IMG/VR virus record: IMGVR_UViG_3300033485_000043
Coordinates: 1 to 38,461 of that record
Source: a virus
Taxonomy: Duplodnaviria > Caudoviricetes
Strand: one strand, 5' to 3'
Length of the DNA stretch: 38,461 bases
The position numbers were made by a program, and so were the translations under genes. The notes beneath the pieces are model-generated. The model saw only the letters and a program-made list of their open reading frames with translations, was not told the DNA's origin and did no database searches. Below are positions 19,359 to 27,870 of the stretch, one piece after another (within the stretch, counting starts at the first letter, position 1; the number at the start of each line of letters is the position of its first letter).

Positions 19359-19937
19359 ATGGCATCACCTAATGCGAAATTTCAACCCGGAACGGGAAAA
19401 CAGGTCATTCTTAAATCTGATTTCGTGGATATCGAGCTCGCCATTGCCGCCACGGCGGCCCTCCTTTCAGCGTATGGCCTGGTTGAGCCGCATCGGGATG
19501 TGGTGGCCTCGGCCGGGGTAACGTTCACGGACCTGGTGCCCGGGGCAAAATACCGGCTGGATTACCAGGGAATCCAGAACACCGCTTCAGACCATACTTA
19601 TTTGCGGTTTAACGCCGATTCCGGGGCAAATTATATAAGTCCTTTTCTATCATTCTACTCAGCCGGGGTGTCGCACGCGGCTTCAACCACTGCCATTAGG
19701 TTGGGGACGACCGTATTAGCCACTTCTTTTATGTCAGGGGTGGTTTATTTTGAATCTATCGTGGGCGATGATACCTATGTGATTGCCCGGGGCCAGTCGA
19801 ACTACAACAATACCGGCACTCGTTATGGTGGAGTAATCTCCGGCGATTACAATGGGGCTGCGGCCTTAACCAGCGTGACCTTTCTCCCGGCGAGCGGCAC
19901 CTTTACCGGCCGGGTTTCCCTCTATCGGGTGGGATAA
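19359..19937 (+). CDS. Putative minor tail/fibre protein
   Basis: YLRFNADSGANY...AALTSVTFLPASGTFTGRVSLY pattern typical of virion fibre C-termini. Confidence 0.6.
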   Translation: MASPNAKFQPGTGKQVILKSDFVDIELAIAATAALLSAYGLVEPHRDVVASAGVTFTDLVPGAKYRLDYQGIQNTASDHTYLRFNADSGANYISPFLSFYSAGVSHAASTTAIRLGTTVLATSFMSGVVYFESIVGDDTYVIARGQSNYNNTGTRYGGVISGDYNGAAALTSVTFLPASGTFTGRVSLYRVG

Positions 19938-20002
19938 TGGCTGACCTCCTCGACAGCAAATACGATTTAGTTGACAACACTTACACTGCCAAGGAGCAGT
20001 AA
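19937..20002 (+). CDS. 21-aa bridging mini-ORF (MADLLDSKYDLVDNTYTAKEQ)
   Basis: TAATG overlap with upstream stop; contains the AAGGAG RBS of the next gene. Confidence 0.4.
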   Translation: MADLLDSKYDLVDNTYTAKEQ

Positions 20003-21838
20003 ATGGGAACGCCGTTTACATCGGCCCGTAGTGGACTTTGGGATGCCTCCGACGTTGATACCTGGGGCCAGGGGGCCGGGGTTTACCCTCAGACCGCCGG
20101 GGATGTTTGGACCGTGGCTGCCGGGCATACGGTGACCTACAATAAGGTGTCCACGGTGGAGTTGGGGCTGGGGACTATCAATGGCCTCTTGACCTTCCTC
20201 AATTCTATGAGCACTAAGCTCACCATGAACCATAATAATATCGCCATAGCTAATGGCGGCGAACTTCGCATCGGGTCTTCGGGAGCCGGGATTATCCCTA
20301 AGGCCTATACTGCTGAATTGATCTTCAACACTACTTCTGACTGGGCGAAAGGCATTGCCATTGCCAATGGTGGCAAACTGACGGTTTACGGCGACCCGGA
20401 TTATTTCGGCTCGGATTATGATGCGGTGTTGGCGGCTTCCTCTGGGGCGATTCCTACGGCGGGGAATGCCGTCACCATCACCGTGACCGGAGATTTCACG
20501 ACCAAGTGGGTTATTGGGCAAGAACTCCTGGTGCATAAGGGTGGGGCGTATGCCAGTTACATCAACGACTTTTGCCGCCTGGCTATCACCGGCTTGGCGG
20601 TGAACGGGGCTGATACCGATGTGGCCTGCACTGTCACCGAGCGCCCGGCTGCTCTGACTTGTCTGTTGGGGGCAGATGTATTGAATCTGTCTCGAAATGT
20701 TATGATTTATAAGTATGGTTTTAATGCTAATCTTGGACAAGCGAATACTAACCGCCCCATAGTAAGTAATGCCAATGCAGGATTAAATAGTAATTACAAT
20801 GTCTATGATGCGGTTTTCGCCGGTTTTGCTGGGCCAATCATAGGCACAAACCCTGTCTTTGATGGGGTTATACGAAATGGCACAAATGCGTTACAAGCCG
20901 CAATAATAGGGCAGGTAAGTGGGATTTTAACATCTTGTGGAGCTTGTATAAATACAAGTCGATACAATACCATAAATTGTACTATTTGCGCCTGTCCAAG
21001 TAATGTTATTACTGATTCTCATTACAGTATATTTACAGGTGACTTATTTGGGAATGCAAACACCTTATATCAGTTTTCAAATTGCATCTTCACGGGGAAT
21101 ATATATTCTTGTGGCAACGCAATATTAAGTGCTCCGGATGCTTTTATAACGGGACGTATTGGATATGACAAAAATGATGTAGCCAAACCTAATGGAATTG
21201 ATGTGACCTTTGGTACTTATTTGAATTTTTGCAGGATTGTAAATGCAAAAATAGCCACTCCTATTTTTGGTTCGCGCAATTATTTGGGATTCGGTGGAAG
21301 GGTTGGTTTTGAGCATTATCAACAAGTAGTGGGAACTCATTACATAGCCGACGCTTATGGCGACATCTCCAAACTCGCTGTCGGGGCCTCCGGCACTCCC
21401 ACGCCGCCCACGGCCAACCCTCCCAGTGGCGTTACGAATGTCCTGGATGTGCAGAACGTCCAGAGCAACTGCCCCAATGCCTCCCCGAATTATTTGAAAA
21501 TCTTTGATCTGCGGGTGTGGGCCGCCGCCGGGGTGAGCAAGACCTATAAATTTTACGTGCAATGGGTATCGCCGACCAGCCATACTCTGACCGCCGCCGA
21601 GTTGATCCTGTCTGGGGAGTACCTGGACAACAGCCCGGCGGGAAGCGGCCACCTGGCCACGGCAACCCCTTCGGCTGAGACGATAGCCGTGCGCACGGGA
21701 ACTACTGATTGGGCCAAGTACGTCAGCATCACCATGAACCCGGCGGTGGACGGCTGGGTTAACCTTAAATTGACGCTTAAATACTACGAGTCGGGCGCCA
21801 TGGCCCTGTTCGTTGATCCGGTGGTGAACATTACATGA
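20003..21838 (+). CDS. Tail spike/receptor-binding-like protein (G8-like N-terminus, beta-helix-like centre)
   Basis: TSARSGLWDASDVDTW..VAAGHTVTY, IANGGELRIG/IANGGKLTVYG, NLSRNVMI; Asn/Cys-rich repetitive centre. Confidence 0.65.
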   Translation: MGTPFTSARSGLWDASDVDTWGQGAGVYPQTAGDVWTVAAGHTVTYNKVSTVELGLGTINGLLTFLNSMSTKLTMNHNNIAIANGGELRIGSSGAGIIPKAYTAELIFNTTSDWAKGIAIANGGKLTVYGDPDYFGSDYDAVLAASSGAIPTAGNAVTITVTGDFTTKWVIGQELLVHKGGAYASYINDFCRLAITGLAVNGADTDVACTVTERPAALTCLLGADVLNLSRNVMIYKYGFNANLGQANTNRPIVSNANAGLNSNYNVYDAVFAGFAGPIIGTNPVFDGVIRNGTNALQAAIIGQVSGILTSCGACINTSRYNTINCTICACPSNVITDSHYSIFTGDLFGNANTLYQFSNCIFTGNIYSCGNAILSAPDAFITGRIGYDKNDVAKPNGIDVTFGTYLNFCRIVNAKIATPIFGSRNYLGFGGRVGFEHYQQVVGTHYIADAYGDISKLAVGASGTPTPPTANPPSGVTNVLDVQNVQSNCPNASPNYLKIFDLRVWAAAGVSKTYKFYVQWVSPTSHTLTAAELILSGEYLDNSPAGSGHLATATPSAETIAVRTGTTDWAKYVSITMNPAVDGWVNLKLTLKYYESGAMALFVDPVVNIT

Positions 21839-22173
21839 TTACCTGGGAACAGATCGGCTGGACGGAGCGGGCCTGGGGGCATCAGGTTTACCTCTACCTG
21901 GTGGATAAGGACACCGGAGAACAGTTTAACGAGGCCCCGGGGTTCGACCACAAGCCTACGGATGAGGAAGTGAAAGCGGCGGCAGAGGCCATTATCGCCC
22001 GGATTCTGCAAAGTCGGATAGACCGGGCGGCGGAGGAACTTAACCCGCCAGAAACTATTGACAGCCTGAAAGAAAAGGTAAGGGTACTTGAGGCCCAGAA
22101 GGTTGAACTAGAGGCCCAGGTAGCCGCATTGCAGGAAGCAAAACCGATAGAGAAGCAACCCATTGGCGGTTGA
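21835..22173 (+). CDS. Hypothetical protein with C-terminal coiled coil
   Basis: ATGA overlap; LKEKVRVLEAQKVELEAQVAALQE. Confidence 0.7.
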   Translation: MITWEQIGWTERAWGHQVYLYLVDKDTGEQFNEAPGFDHKPTDEEVKAAAEAIIARILQSRIDRAAEELNPPETIDSLKEKVRVLEAQKVELEAQVAALQEAKPIEKQPIGG

Positions 22174-22194
22174 TAATCCAAGGAGGAAGCAATA

Positions 22195-22980
22195 ATGGGA
22201 AGCCTAACTCAATTTGCCCAGAAAAAGGTGTTGGATCACCTGCTCAAGACGGCTTCCTATTCGCCGCCGGGCGCCGGTGCCTTGGCCCTTGGCTTGAGCA
22301 CCGCAGATCCGGGGGAGGACGGCGCCGGTTGGGCCAACCCGACTTATACCGGCTATGCTCGCAAGGCCATCACTATGGCCGCGGCTTCTGGTAGGGCGAT
22401 TGCTCAGACAGGGGCGGTCACTTTTGACCCCTGTACCCTTGGCTCCAGTGTGGTCACTCATTGGGGCCTCTGGGATCAGGTGGCCGCCGGCGGAAATCTT
22501 TTAGCCTATGGCACCCTATCGGCGCCAAAAACCATTGTCGCGGGCAATACTCCCAGCGTGGCCACCGGCCAGGTGACCGTGACCTTTAGTGCCGGAGGCG
22601 TGTTCACTGCCATAGCCACCTTGATTCTTGATTGGCTCTTCCGGGCGCAGGCCCTGGCCCAGCCGACGGACGTTAAGATCGCCCTCTCCACCACGATCCC
22701 CACCGACGGCGGCCCGAATATCACAGAGCCTGTGGGTAACAATTATGGGCAGATCACGCTCAACACCTGGAACGCCGCGACTCTGGCGACGCCGGGCTTG
22801 GCCGATAATAACGGTGACATTACTTTTGCCGCCCCCTCCGGCTCCTGGGGCACCATCGTTTACGGCGTGGTCTATCTGGACACGGAGCCCTTTGCCTATG
22901 TGGACGTGACCGACCAGGCGGTGGGTGTGGGCGACACGGTAAAGTTCGTGAGCGGGGCGCTGGACATTACCCTGAATTAA
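22195..22980 (+). CDS. Virion structural (tail fibre-associated) protein with two tandem homologous domains
   Basis: VLDHLL..LGLSTADP..VTF..VTVTF is repeated as ILDWLF..IALSTTIP..ITF..LDITL. Confidence 0.7.
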   Translation: MGSLTQFAQKKVLDHLLKTASYSPPGAGALALGLSTADPGEDGAGWANPTYTGYARKAITMAAASGRAIAQTGAVTFDPCTLGSSVVTHWGLWDQVAAGGNLLAYGTLSAPKTIVAGNTPSVATGQVTVTFSAGGVFTAIATLILDWLFRAQALAQPTDVKIALSTTIPTDGGPNITEPVGNNYGQITLNTWNAATLATPGLADNNGDITFAAPSGSWGTIVYGVVYLDTEPFAYVDVTDQAVGVGDTVKFVSGALDITLN

Positions 22981-22990
22981 GGCTAGGCAA

Positions 22991-23614
22991 ATGGCTGATT
23001 ACTGGTCCTACGGAGAAGTGGTTATACCACAGTCGGTCACGGCGCCGCAGTGGAGCTACGGGGAGATTTACACTCCCTTAGCCTCCTTGGGGGCCACCTA
23101 TAGTCTGTCGGGGACGGCTGGAATCGAAATCTCAACGCCCTCCGTAGCCCTGCTCTTGCTCAAGGCCCTCACCGGCGTTGTCCCAATGGACACGGCAACC
23201 CCGGCGCCAGTCATGAATGTCCTCCGGGCCTTGAGCGGGGCCGCGGCTCTGGATCCGGCGGGGAGCACTCCGGCATTGCTCCTGCTCAAGATTTTATCAG
23301 GCCTGGCGGTGGCGGACACAGCTACCAGTTCGGCCGCCCTCCTGCTGCTCAGGGCCTTGAGCGGGATGGCAGCCCTTGAAACCGTAACCCCGGCTATTAT
23401 TTTAGCGCTCATCGGGGAAATAAATCTAACGGGTCTGGCGGCCCTCCAAACGATTACCTCCGCCATGGTCTTACTGAACTTCGTCCCCGCCCCGGAAATC
23501 GGCGGGGAGCTGCAGCTTTTAGTTCAGGCCCGCCTGTTGTCGGTTCTTCCTGAATGTCGGCAATTAACGGCTTCCCCTGAGTGCAGGCAAATAACCGCAT
23601 CCCTGGAGAATTGA
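22991..23614 (+). CDS. Structural protein with 21-aa repeats
   Basis: About six repeats of xLSGxxxxxTxTxxxxLLLL(K/R); WSYGE twice at the N-terminus. Confidence 0.65.
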   Translation: MADYWSYGEVVIPQSVTAPQWSYGEIYTPLASLGATYSLSGTAGIEISTPSVALLLLKALTGVVPMDTATPAPVMNVLRALSGAAALDPAGSTPALLLLKILSGLAVADTATSSAALLLLRALSGMAALETVTPAIILALIGEINLTGLAALQTITSAMVLLNFVPAPEIGGELQLLVQARLLSVLPECRQLTASPECRQITASLEN

Positions 23615-23615
23615 T

Positions 23616-23960
23616 ATGGCCAGTAAAATAACCTTGAAGCAGGGTGAGGCTAAGACCGTTACTTTTACCGTTACGGATGAGGCTGGGACCGCGGTGAACC
23701 TCTCCGCCGCAACCCTGACCCTGGGGGTGAAGAAGGCCAAAAGCGATGCGGCCTATGCCCTCACCAAAGCGGACGCCGCCTTCGGCAAGGCCCAGGCCGC
23801 GGTGGGGATCGTGACCCTGGCTTTAGCTGCAACCGATACCAATCTGGCAGAAGACACCTATATCGGGGAGCTCAAGTGCTCCTGGAGCGGCGGGGCGGAA
23901 ATTGAAAAAAGCGCCGACTTTTTCCTGCAAATCAAGGCCGCGGTGATCCCGGTCACCTGA
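23616..23960 (+). CDS. BppU-N-like Ig-fold structural protein
   Basis: ITLKQGEAKTVTFTVTD..AVNLSAATL..GIVTLAL..YIGEL pattern. Confidence 0.6.
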   Translation: MASKITLKQGEAKTVTFTVTDEAGTAVNLSAATLTLGVKKAKSDAAYALTKADAAFGKAQAAVGIVTLALAATDTNLAEDTYIGELKCSWSGGAEIEKSADFFLQIKAAVIPVT

Positions 23961-23987
23961 CCGGCGCCTTAACAGGAGGGCTTATGG

Positions 23988-24467
23988 ATGACCCAGCCGA
24001 AGGAAGTCCTGGGAACGAAAATGCGGCTTGCCGGGTTCGGGTGCCTGGGGACCGTGGCGCCGGCGTTGGGCCTCAATCTAAAAATAAGCGGCTATCGAGT
24101 GCAGGGCAAAGCCAGCCGCCGGGAGTTCAAGCGAATCCTTCTGGAAGTTGTGAATCTGATCAACATGACTCCGGCGGGCAAGCCGAAGGTCTGGTCTTTC
24201 CCTTGGTACTCCCGGTTCTGGCAACGCATAGTGGCGTGGATAGTTTGGCTGGCGACTGCAAAAACTCTACCCGGGCTTGGTGGAGCAGGGTTAACTATCA
24301 TACAACCCCTGGTGGAATCCTTCGCCCTGGTGGATTATTGGCGTGACCACGGGCATTGGTTCCTGGTCATTGGTTCTTGCCGTCCCTATGAAGTTCGGCA
24401 AGTAGTTAATTTTTTGATGGATAACTGTGGGGAAACGGCTTACCAAGAAGGGTTTACACTTTGGTAA
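23988..24467 (+). CDS. Divergent S-adenosylmethionine decarboxylase-like (pyruvoyl) protein
   Basis: GAGLTIIQPLVESFALVDYWRD..FLVIGSC..Y..QVVNFL parallels GxTxxxxLxESHxxxHTWPE..xDxFxC. Confidence 0.55.
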   Translation: MTQPKEVLGTKMRLAGFGCLGTVAPALGLNLKISGYRVQGKASRREFKRILLEVVNLINMTPAGKPKVWSFPWYSRFWQRIVAWIVWLATAKTLPGLGGAGLTIIQPLVESFALVDYWRDHGHWFLVIGSCRPYEVRQVVNFLMDNCGETAYQEGFTLW

Positions 24468-24472
24468 ATAGG

Positions 24473-25012
24473 TCAAACATATTTCCATGTTTTGTTCGTA
24501 ACAATAGAATGAACATTGCTGCGACAAATATTATATTTATCAGACAAATGGCTGAGGCTGTGCCCCGTTTTGTGCAGTTTTCTTATTTCAATTACTTCGT
24601 CAACAGTAAGCTTAGCGCTTGGGTTAGTAGTACCAGTAGTAGCCGTTCCATGCTGAAACCTATCACACCAATTCTTGCTCAGAGTATCCCAACGAAGGTT
24701 ATAAAGAAAGTTATTGGTGGGGTCCCCATCATTATGGCAGGATTCATGTCCGGGAGGACAATCGCCTCTAAAGGCTATCAAAATAACCCGATGCAGGGAA
24801 ACCAATTTTGGTTTTCCATTTTTCCTTACTGGAATTCTCGAATAACCTCTTTTATCAACAATAATGCTAAGGTTTTTTATCTTATAACCAGAGGATGCGA
24901 ATTGCTTAACCGAGCGGGCATTTCCATGGTCGCTGACTTGATAGGTAGGGTATCCAGGAATCTCTTTCCATTGCTCTTGATCCGGACTAAACTGGTAATC
25001 ACTCATGGTCAT
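24473..25012 (-). mobile_element. Free-standing NUMOD4-HNH homing endonuclease
   Basis: EQWKEIPGYPTYQVSDHGNARS (NUMOD4), LHRVIL..CHNDGDPTNN..NLRWDT..N (HNH), AKLTVDEVIEIR HTH; AT-rich, antisense. Confidence 0.92.
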
Positions 25013-25106
25013 GGCCTCCTTAACAGGCTGAGATTGTGGGGGAGAGCCGTTGTCCCTGTTAGCGCAGGGCTGCGGCTCAATTTTATTTAACTAAAGCAGG
25101 CAGGAA

Positions 25107-25214
25107 ATGTCAAGTGTTTTGGCTAGTTGTAAGCATTTTAGCGTTGACGCTGTGTGCGCTTATCTATCCAAGGAGATAGGCCCGGTGGTGCGGCAGGGGT
25201 ACTTTGAAATTTGA
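25107..25214 (+). pseudogene. Displaced former 3' end of the AdoMetDC-like gene
   Basis: VLASCKHFSVDAVCAYLSKEIGPVVRQGYFEI* aligns without gaps to VIGSCRPYEVRQVVNFLMDNCGETAYQEGFTLW*. Confidence 0.7.
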
Positions 25215-25248
25215 TTGCAGCCAAATGGAGTGGTGAGGGGGGCAAGGG

Positions 25249-25536
25249 ATGGCGAATGGAAAAGACAGTTGGAAAAACTGGTTAATCGCAGCTTTGTGGA
25301 CAGTTACGCTTATATTAGGCGGGTTCGGATACAATTCTATTAAGGATTCATTAGATAAAAATTACAATTTTCAAGTATCACATTCACAGGAATGGGCGAA
25401 TTGGAAGATAGAATACACCAACCAGCAAGCCAACGTATGGAGAGCGATCGACAGGATTTGTTCCTACCAGGCTGAAAGATTGATGAAAGAAGGTAGGGTT
25501 CCTAATTACAATATGTGGCCCGACAAGGTGAAATGA
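25249..25536 (+). CDS. Hypothetical N-terminally anchored membrane protein
   Basis: WLIAALWTVTLILGGFGY TM segment; AT-rich. Confidence 0.65.
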   Translation: MANGKDSWKNWLIAALWTVTLILGGFGYNSIKDSLDKNYNFQVSHSQEWANWKIEYTNQQANVWRAIDRICSYQAERLMKEGRVPNYNMWPDKVK

Positions 25537-25985
25537 TGAACGGACCTCGGAGATTTAATTTACTTCTGGCGATATTGGTCAGTCTCGCTTTTGGATTAGT
25601 GGGGGAAGTTTCGGCCCAGCCTCCCATGTCAGAGCGAAATGTAAATATAACCTCCAAAGAATACGTTACCTTAAAAGAATATGTGGATATGCGTTTCCGT
25701 GAAATGGAGCGTACCATTGATTTATCTCGTATAAGCATGGAACACCGTCTTGCTGGAATGAATGAGTTTAGGGAGGCCTTGAATAAACAGACTTCAACGT
25801 TTTTAACTAAGGCTGAATTTGACACAAGCAAAGAGAACTTTCAAAAGGACATAAAATTATTGACTCAGGCGAAAGATCAGATGGATGGCAAAGCTACCCA
25901 AAATCAGATGATTGCAGCACTGATCATATCCATTATTAGTTTGCTTATTGCTTTGGGAGGATTGCTGAGACATTTTAAGGTTTAG
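25533..25985 (+). CDS. Membrane protein with coiled coil and C-terminal TM (lysis region)
   Basis: N-terminal hydrophobic segment, TFLTKAEFD, C-terminal TM; start 25515-25536 uncertain. Confidence 0.65.
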   Translation: MMNGPRRFNLLLAILVSLAFGLVGEVSAQPPMSERNVNITSKEYVTLKEYVDMRFREMERTIDLSRISMEHRLAGMNEFREALNKQTSTFLTKAEFDTSKENFQKDIKLLTQAKDQMDGKATQNQMIAALIISIISLLIALGGLLRHFKV

Positions 25986-25996
25986 GGGGTGATTCC

Positions 25997-26155
25997 ATGA
26001 AAACCGGCCAGGTCAACGACTCCTGGTGGAACAACCTGCTCTGGTGGGTTCACGACCGGCTGGACGGGGCGTTTCACCTTATCTGCGCCCCGGGGACGTG
26101 GCTGCATCAGAAGATTCGGGCGATCTATGTCAAAATTGCCGGAGGTGAGGACTGA
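25997..26155 (+). CDS. 52-aa Trp-rich hypothetical protein
   Basis: Own translation MKTGQVNDSWWNNLLWW...GGED; GGGGGTG RBS; TGATG coupling to endolysin. Confidence 0.6.
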   Translation: MKTGQVNDSWWNNLLWWVHDRLDGAFHLICAPGTWLHQKIRAIYVKIAGGED

Positions 26156-26646
26156 TGATTTTACAGCGCAATCTGGATGACCTGTTCGGAGAACCGGATG
26201 AGACCGCCGGGTATCTGGTGACCATGGATTTTAGCGAATTCAGTTATGCTTTCAGCCATGTCAAAGACTACGAGGGCAACCATTGGCGATGCAGAATCTA
26301 TGGGCACGAACTCTTGGCCGACCCCCTGCGCCAGGCCTTTGGTTTAATCGTGGACCGGGGGTTATTCGACGAACTCAAGACCTATGACGGATGCTTCAAC
26401 ATCCGGCGCATGAAGGGCAGCGGGTCCATGTCAGTCCATTCCTGGGGCCTGGCCGTGGATTTCAATGCAGCCGAAAATCCCTTCGGTGGCCCGGTGAACT
26501 TCTCCGATGAGTTTATTCGGTGTTTTGCGGATGCCGGATTTGAGCCGGGCGCCCTCTGGCGGACTCCCGACGGGATGCACTTTCAACTTCCGTGGACCCG
26601 GGACTGGACTGACTCGGATAACCCTTTGGCCCCGGTGGATGTATGA
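26155..26646 (+). CDS. Endolysin, M15 family peptidase
   Basis: GCFNIR..SVHSWGLAVD..DGMHFQ zinc-peptidase motifs. Confidence 0.9.
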   Translation: MILQRNLDDLFGEPDETAGYLVTMDFSEFSYAFSHVKDYEGNHWRCRIYGHELLADPLRQAFGLIVDRGLFDELKTYDGCFNIRRMKGSGSMSVHSWGLAVDFNAAENPFGGPVNFSDEFIRCFADAGFEPGALWRTPDGMHFQLPWTRDWTDSDNPLAPVDV

Positions 26647-26900
26647 GTAAACACCGCCTGAGGGAGTTCTGGGTTGACCCGAGCTCCGGGCAATACTCGG
26701 CCTCGCGGCTGTGCTTCCTGGTAATGATCCTGCTTTATCTCCCGGGCCTGACCCTCATGGAAGCCCTGGGAATAAAACTTGGTATCTGGGCGCACATCGC
26801 CGTGATTGTCAGCGCCATCGCCGGGGTCTATGGGGTCAACTCCGGGGTCAGGGTTTGGCAGGGCCGGGTGCTTGACCGGGATAAGGACGGACATGGCTAA
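26643..26900 (+). CDS. Holin
   Basis: Two TM helices, SASRL motif, charged C-tail, adjacent to endolysin. Confidence 0.7.
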   Translation: MSKHRLREFWVDPSSGQYSASRLCFLVMILLYLPGLTLMEALGIKLGIWAHIAVIVSAIAGVYGVNSGVRVWQGRVLDRDKDGHG

Positions 26901-26918
26901 GAGAATGGAGGCTAAATA

Positions 26919-27320
26919 ATGCTGACCATAATCTGGACTCTCATATCCTCCCGCCTGGGAGGCTGGATCGTGGGCGGTCTGGCGGTTGCCGCCGTCCTGG
27001 TGGTCCTCAAATGGGAGCACGCCGCCAAGCTCAAGGCCCAGGCCGGCAGGGCCGCCGCCGAACAGGGCCTGCAGATCGGCTATGAGGGCTATGTCAAGCT
27101 CTACCAGGAACGGGAGGCGATCCAGGCCAAGGCGGACCAGCAAAGGAGAAAGCTCAATGAACTGCAACAGGCGAATGATCTTGACGGCCTGGCTGACACT
27201 TTCAATAATTCTGGGGGGGTGCGCCGCCCCGTGCAGCCAAATCCCAAGGGAGGCGCTAAAGCCCCTGCCCGCTATCGTGCTGCCGACGGCGCCGGTGTTG
27301 AATACCAGGAAGCTCCTTGA
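26919..27320 (+). CDS. Inner-membrane spanin (Rz-like)
   Basis: N-terminal TM followed by coiled coil. Confidence 0.75.
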   Translation: MLTIIWTLISSRLGGWIVGGLAVAAVLVVLKWEHAAKLKAQAGRAAAEQGLQIGYEGYVKLYQEREAIQAKADQQRRKLNELQQANDLDGLADTFNNSGGVRRPVQPNPKGGAKAPARYRAADGAGVEYQEAP

Positions 27321-27498
27321 CGCCCAGGGCAGGCCCGCCGGCCTCCTGTTCCCGACGGAGGACGCCTTTGCCGAGGCGGAATATAAGGTGGGCCTGAAAG
27401 AAGCGGCCGAACTGGGCATGGCCAACACCGCCGCGGCGAATAAGATATTTGAGATTCTGGCAACCCCGGCCAAGTCCTGGTGGCAGTTTTGGAGGTGA
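27157..27498 (+). CDS. Outer-membrane spanin lipoprotein (Rz1-like), overlapping
   Basis: AAGGAG RBS, MNCNRRMILTAWLTLSIILGGC lipobox, Pro-rich, +1 frame overlap with Rz. Confidence 0.8.
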   Translation: MNCNRRMILTAWLTLSIILGGCAAPCSQIPREALKPLPAIVLPTAPVLNTRKLLDAQGRPAGLLFPTEDAFAEAEYKVGLKEAAELGMANTAAANKIFEILATPAKSWWQFWR

Positions 27499-27638
27499 TC
27501 TTGCTCCCCTGGTCCCTGCGCTGGAATAGCTGGAAATGGACCCAAATCTGGGTTTATTCCAAGCTCTGGCGGGATCACCCCGGCGTCGTGATCCTGGCCG
27601 GGGTCGGGGTGCTATTGCTTTTGCGGATGGTCTTTTGA
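27495..27638 (+). CDS. Small Trp-rich membrane peptide
   Basis: Own translation (GTG 27495 or TTG 27501 start), C-terminal TM. Confidence 0.45.
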   Translation: MILLPWSLRWNSWKWTQIWVYSKLWRDHPGVVILAGVGVLLLLRMVF

Positions 27639-27723
27639 TCTTGGCGCGCTTTTGCCGCGAACCTCGTTTTAGGTTGGCGCGAAATGCAACAAAAATCCCC
27701 CACTTTCCCCCGCTTTTTACCAC

Positions 27724-27752
27724 TTGCTATTTTAGGCAAAATCAGCGATACT
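27724..27752 (+). promoter_or_regulatory. Sigma70-type promoter for the tRNA fragment
   Basis: TTGCTA-N17-GATACT, 19 nt upstream of the tRNA 5' end. Confidence 0.65.
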
Positions 27753-27771
27753 GCGCTCTGTAGCACGTTCC

Positions 27772-27813
27772 GGGCCGTTAGCTCAACTGGTAGAGCAAGT
27801 GACTCTTAATCAC
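27772..27813 (+). tRNA. 5' half of tRNA-Lys(CTT); probable attP core
   Basis: GGGCCGT-TA-GCTC AACTGGTA GAGC-A-AGTGA CTCTTAA TCAC, then no T-arm; adjacent to integrase 3' end. Confidence 0.85.
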
Positions 27814-27870
27814 CTGCTCTTTTTTATTTCATGCGGGTTTCCGGGCGGGGTTGGCGCGGTCTTGCGGCAA

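Noticed and set aside
15972-21838. Diversity-generating retroelement acting on tail genes
   Set aside because: No reverse transcriptase ORF and no TR/VR pair differing at adenines seen by eye
24461-25090. 209-aa + strand ORF
   Set aside because: Antisense shadow of the clearly recognisable NUMOD4-HNH gene
24467-25115. Group I intron around the HNH gene
   Set aside because: Endonuclease is antisense, the upstream gene has its own complete end and stop, and there is no room for a ribozyme core
25194-25205. Partial gapped match (CA.GG.TA.TT) to an array-1 unit
   Set aside because: Only four dinucleotides match and the flanks do not; expected by chance in 38 kb
27772-27850. Complete functional tRNA-Lys gene
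   Set aside because: No T-arm (GTTCG) or 3' acceptor strand after the anticodon arm
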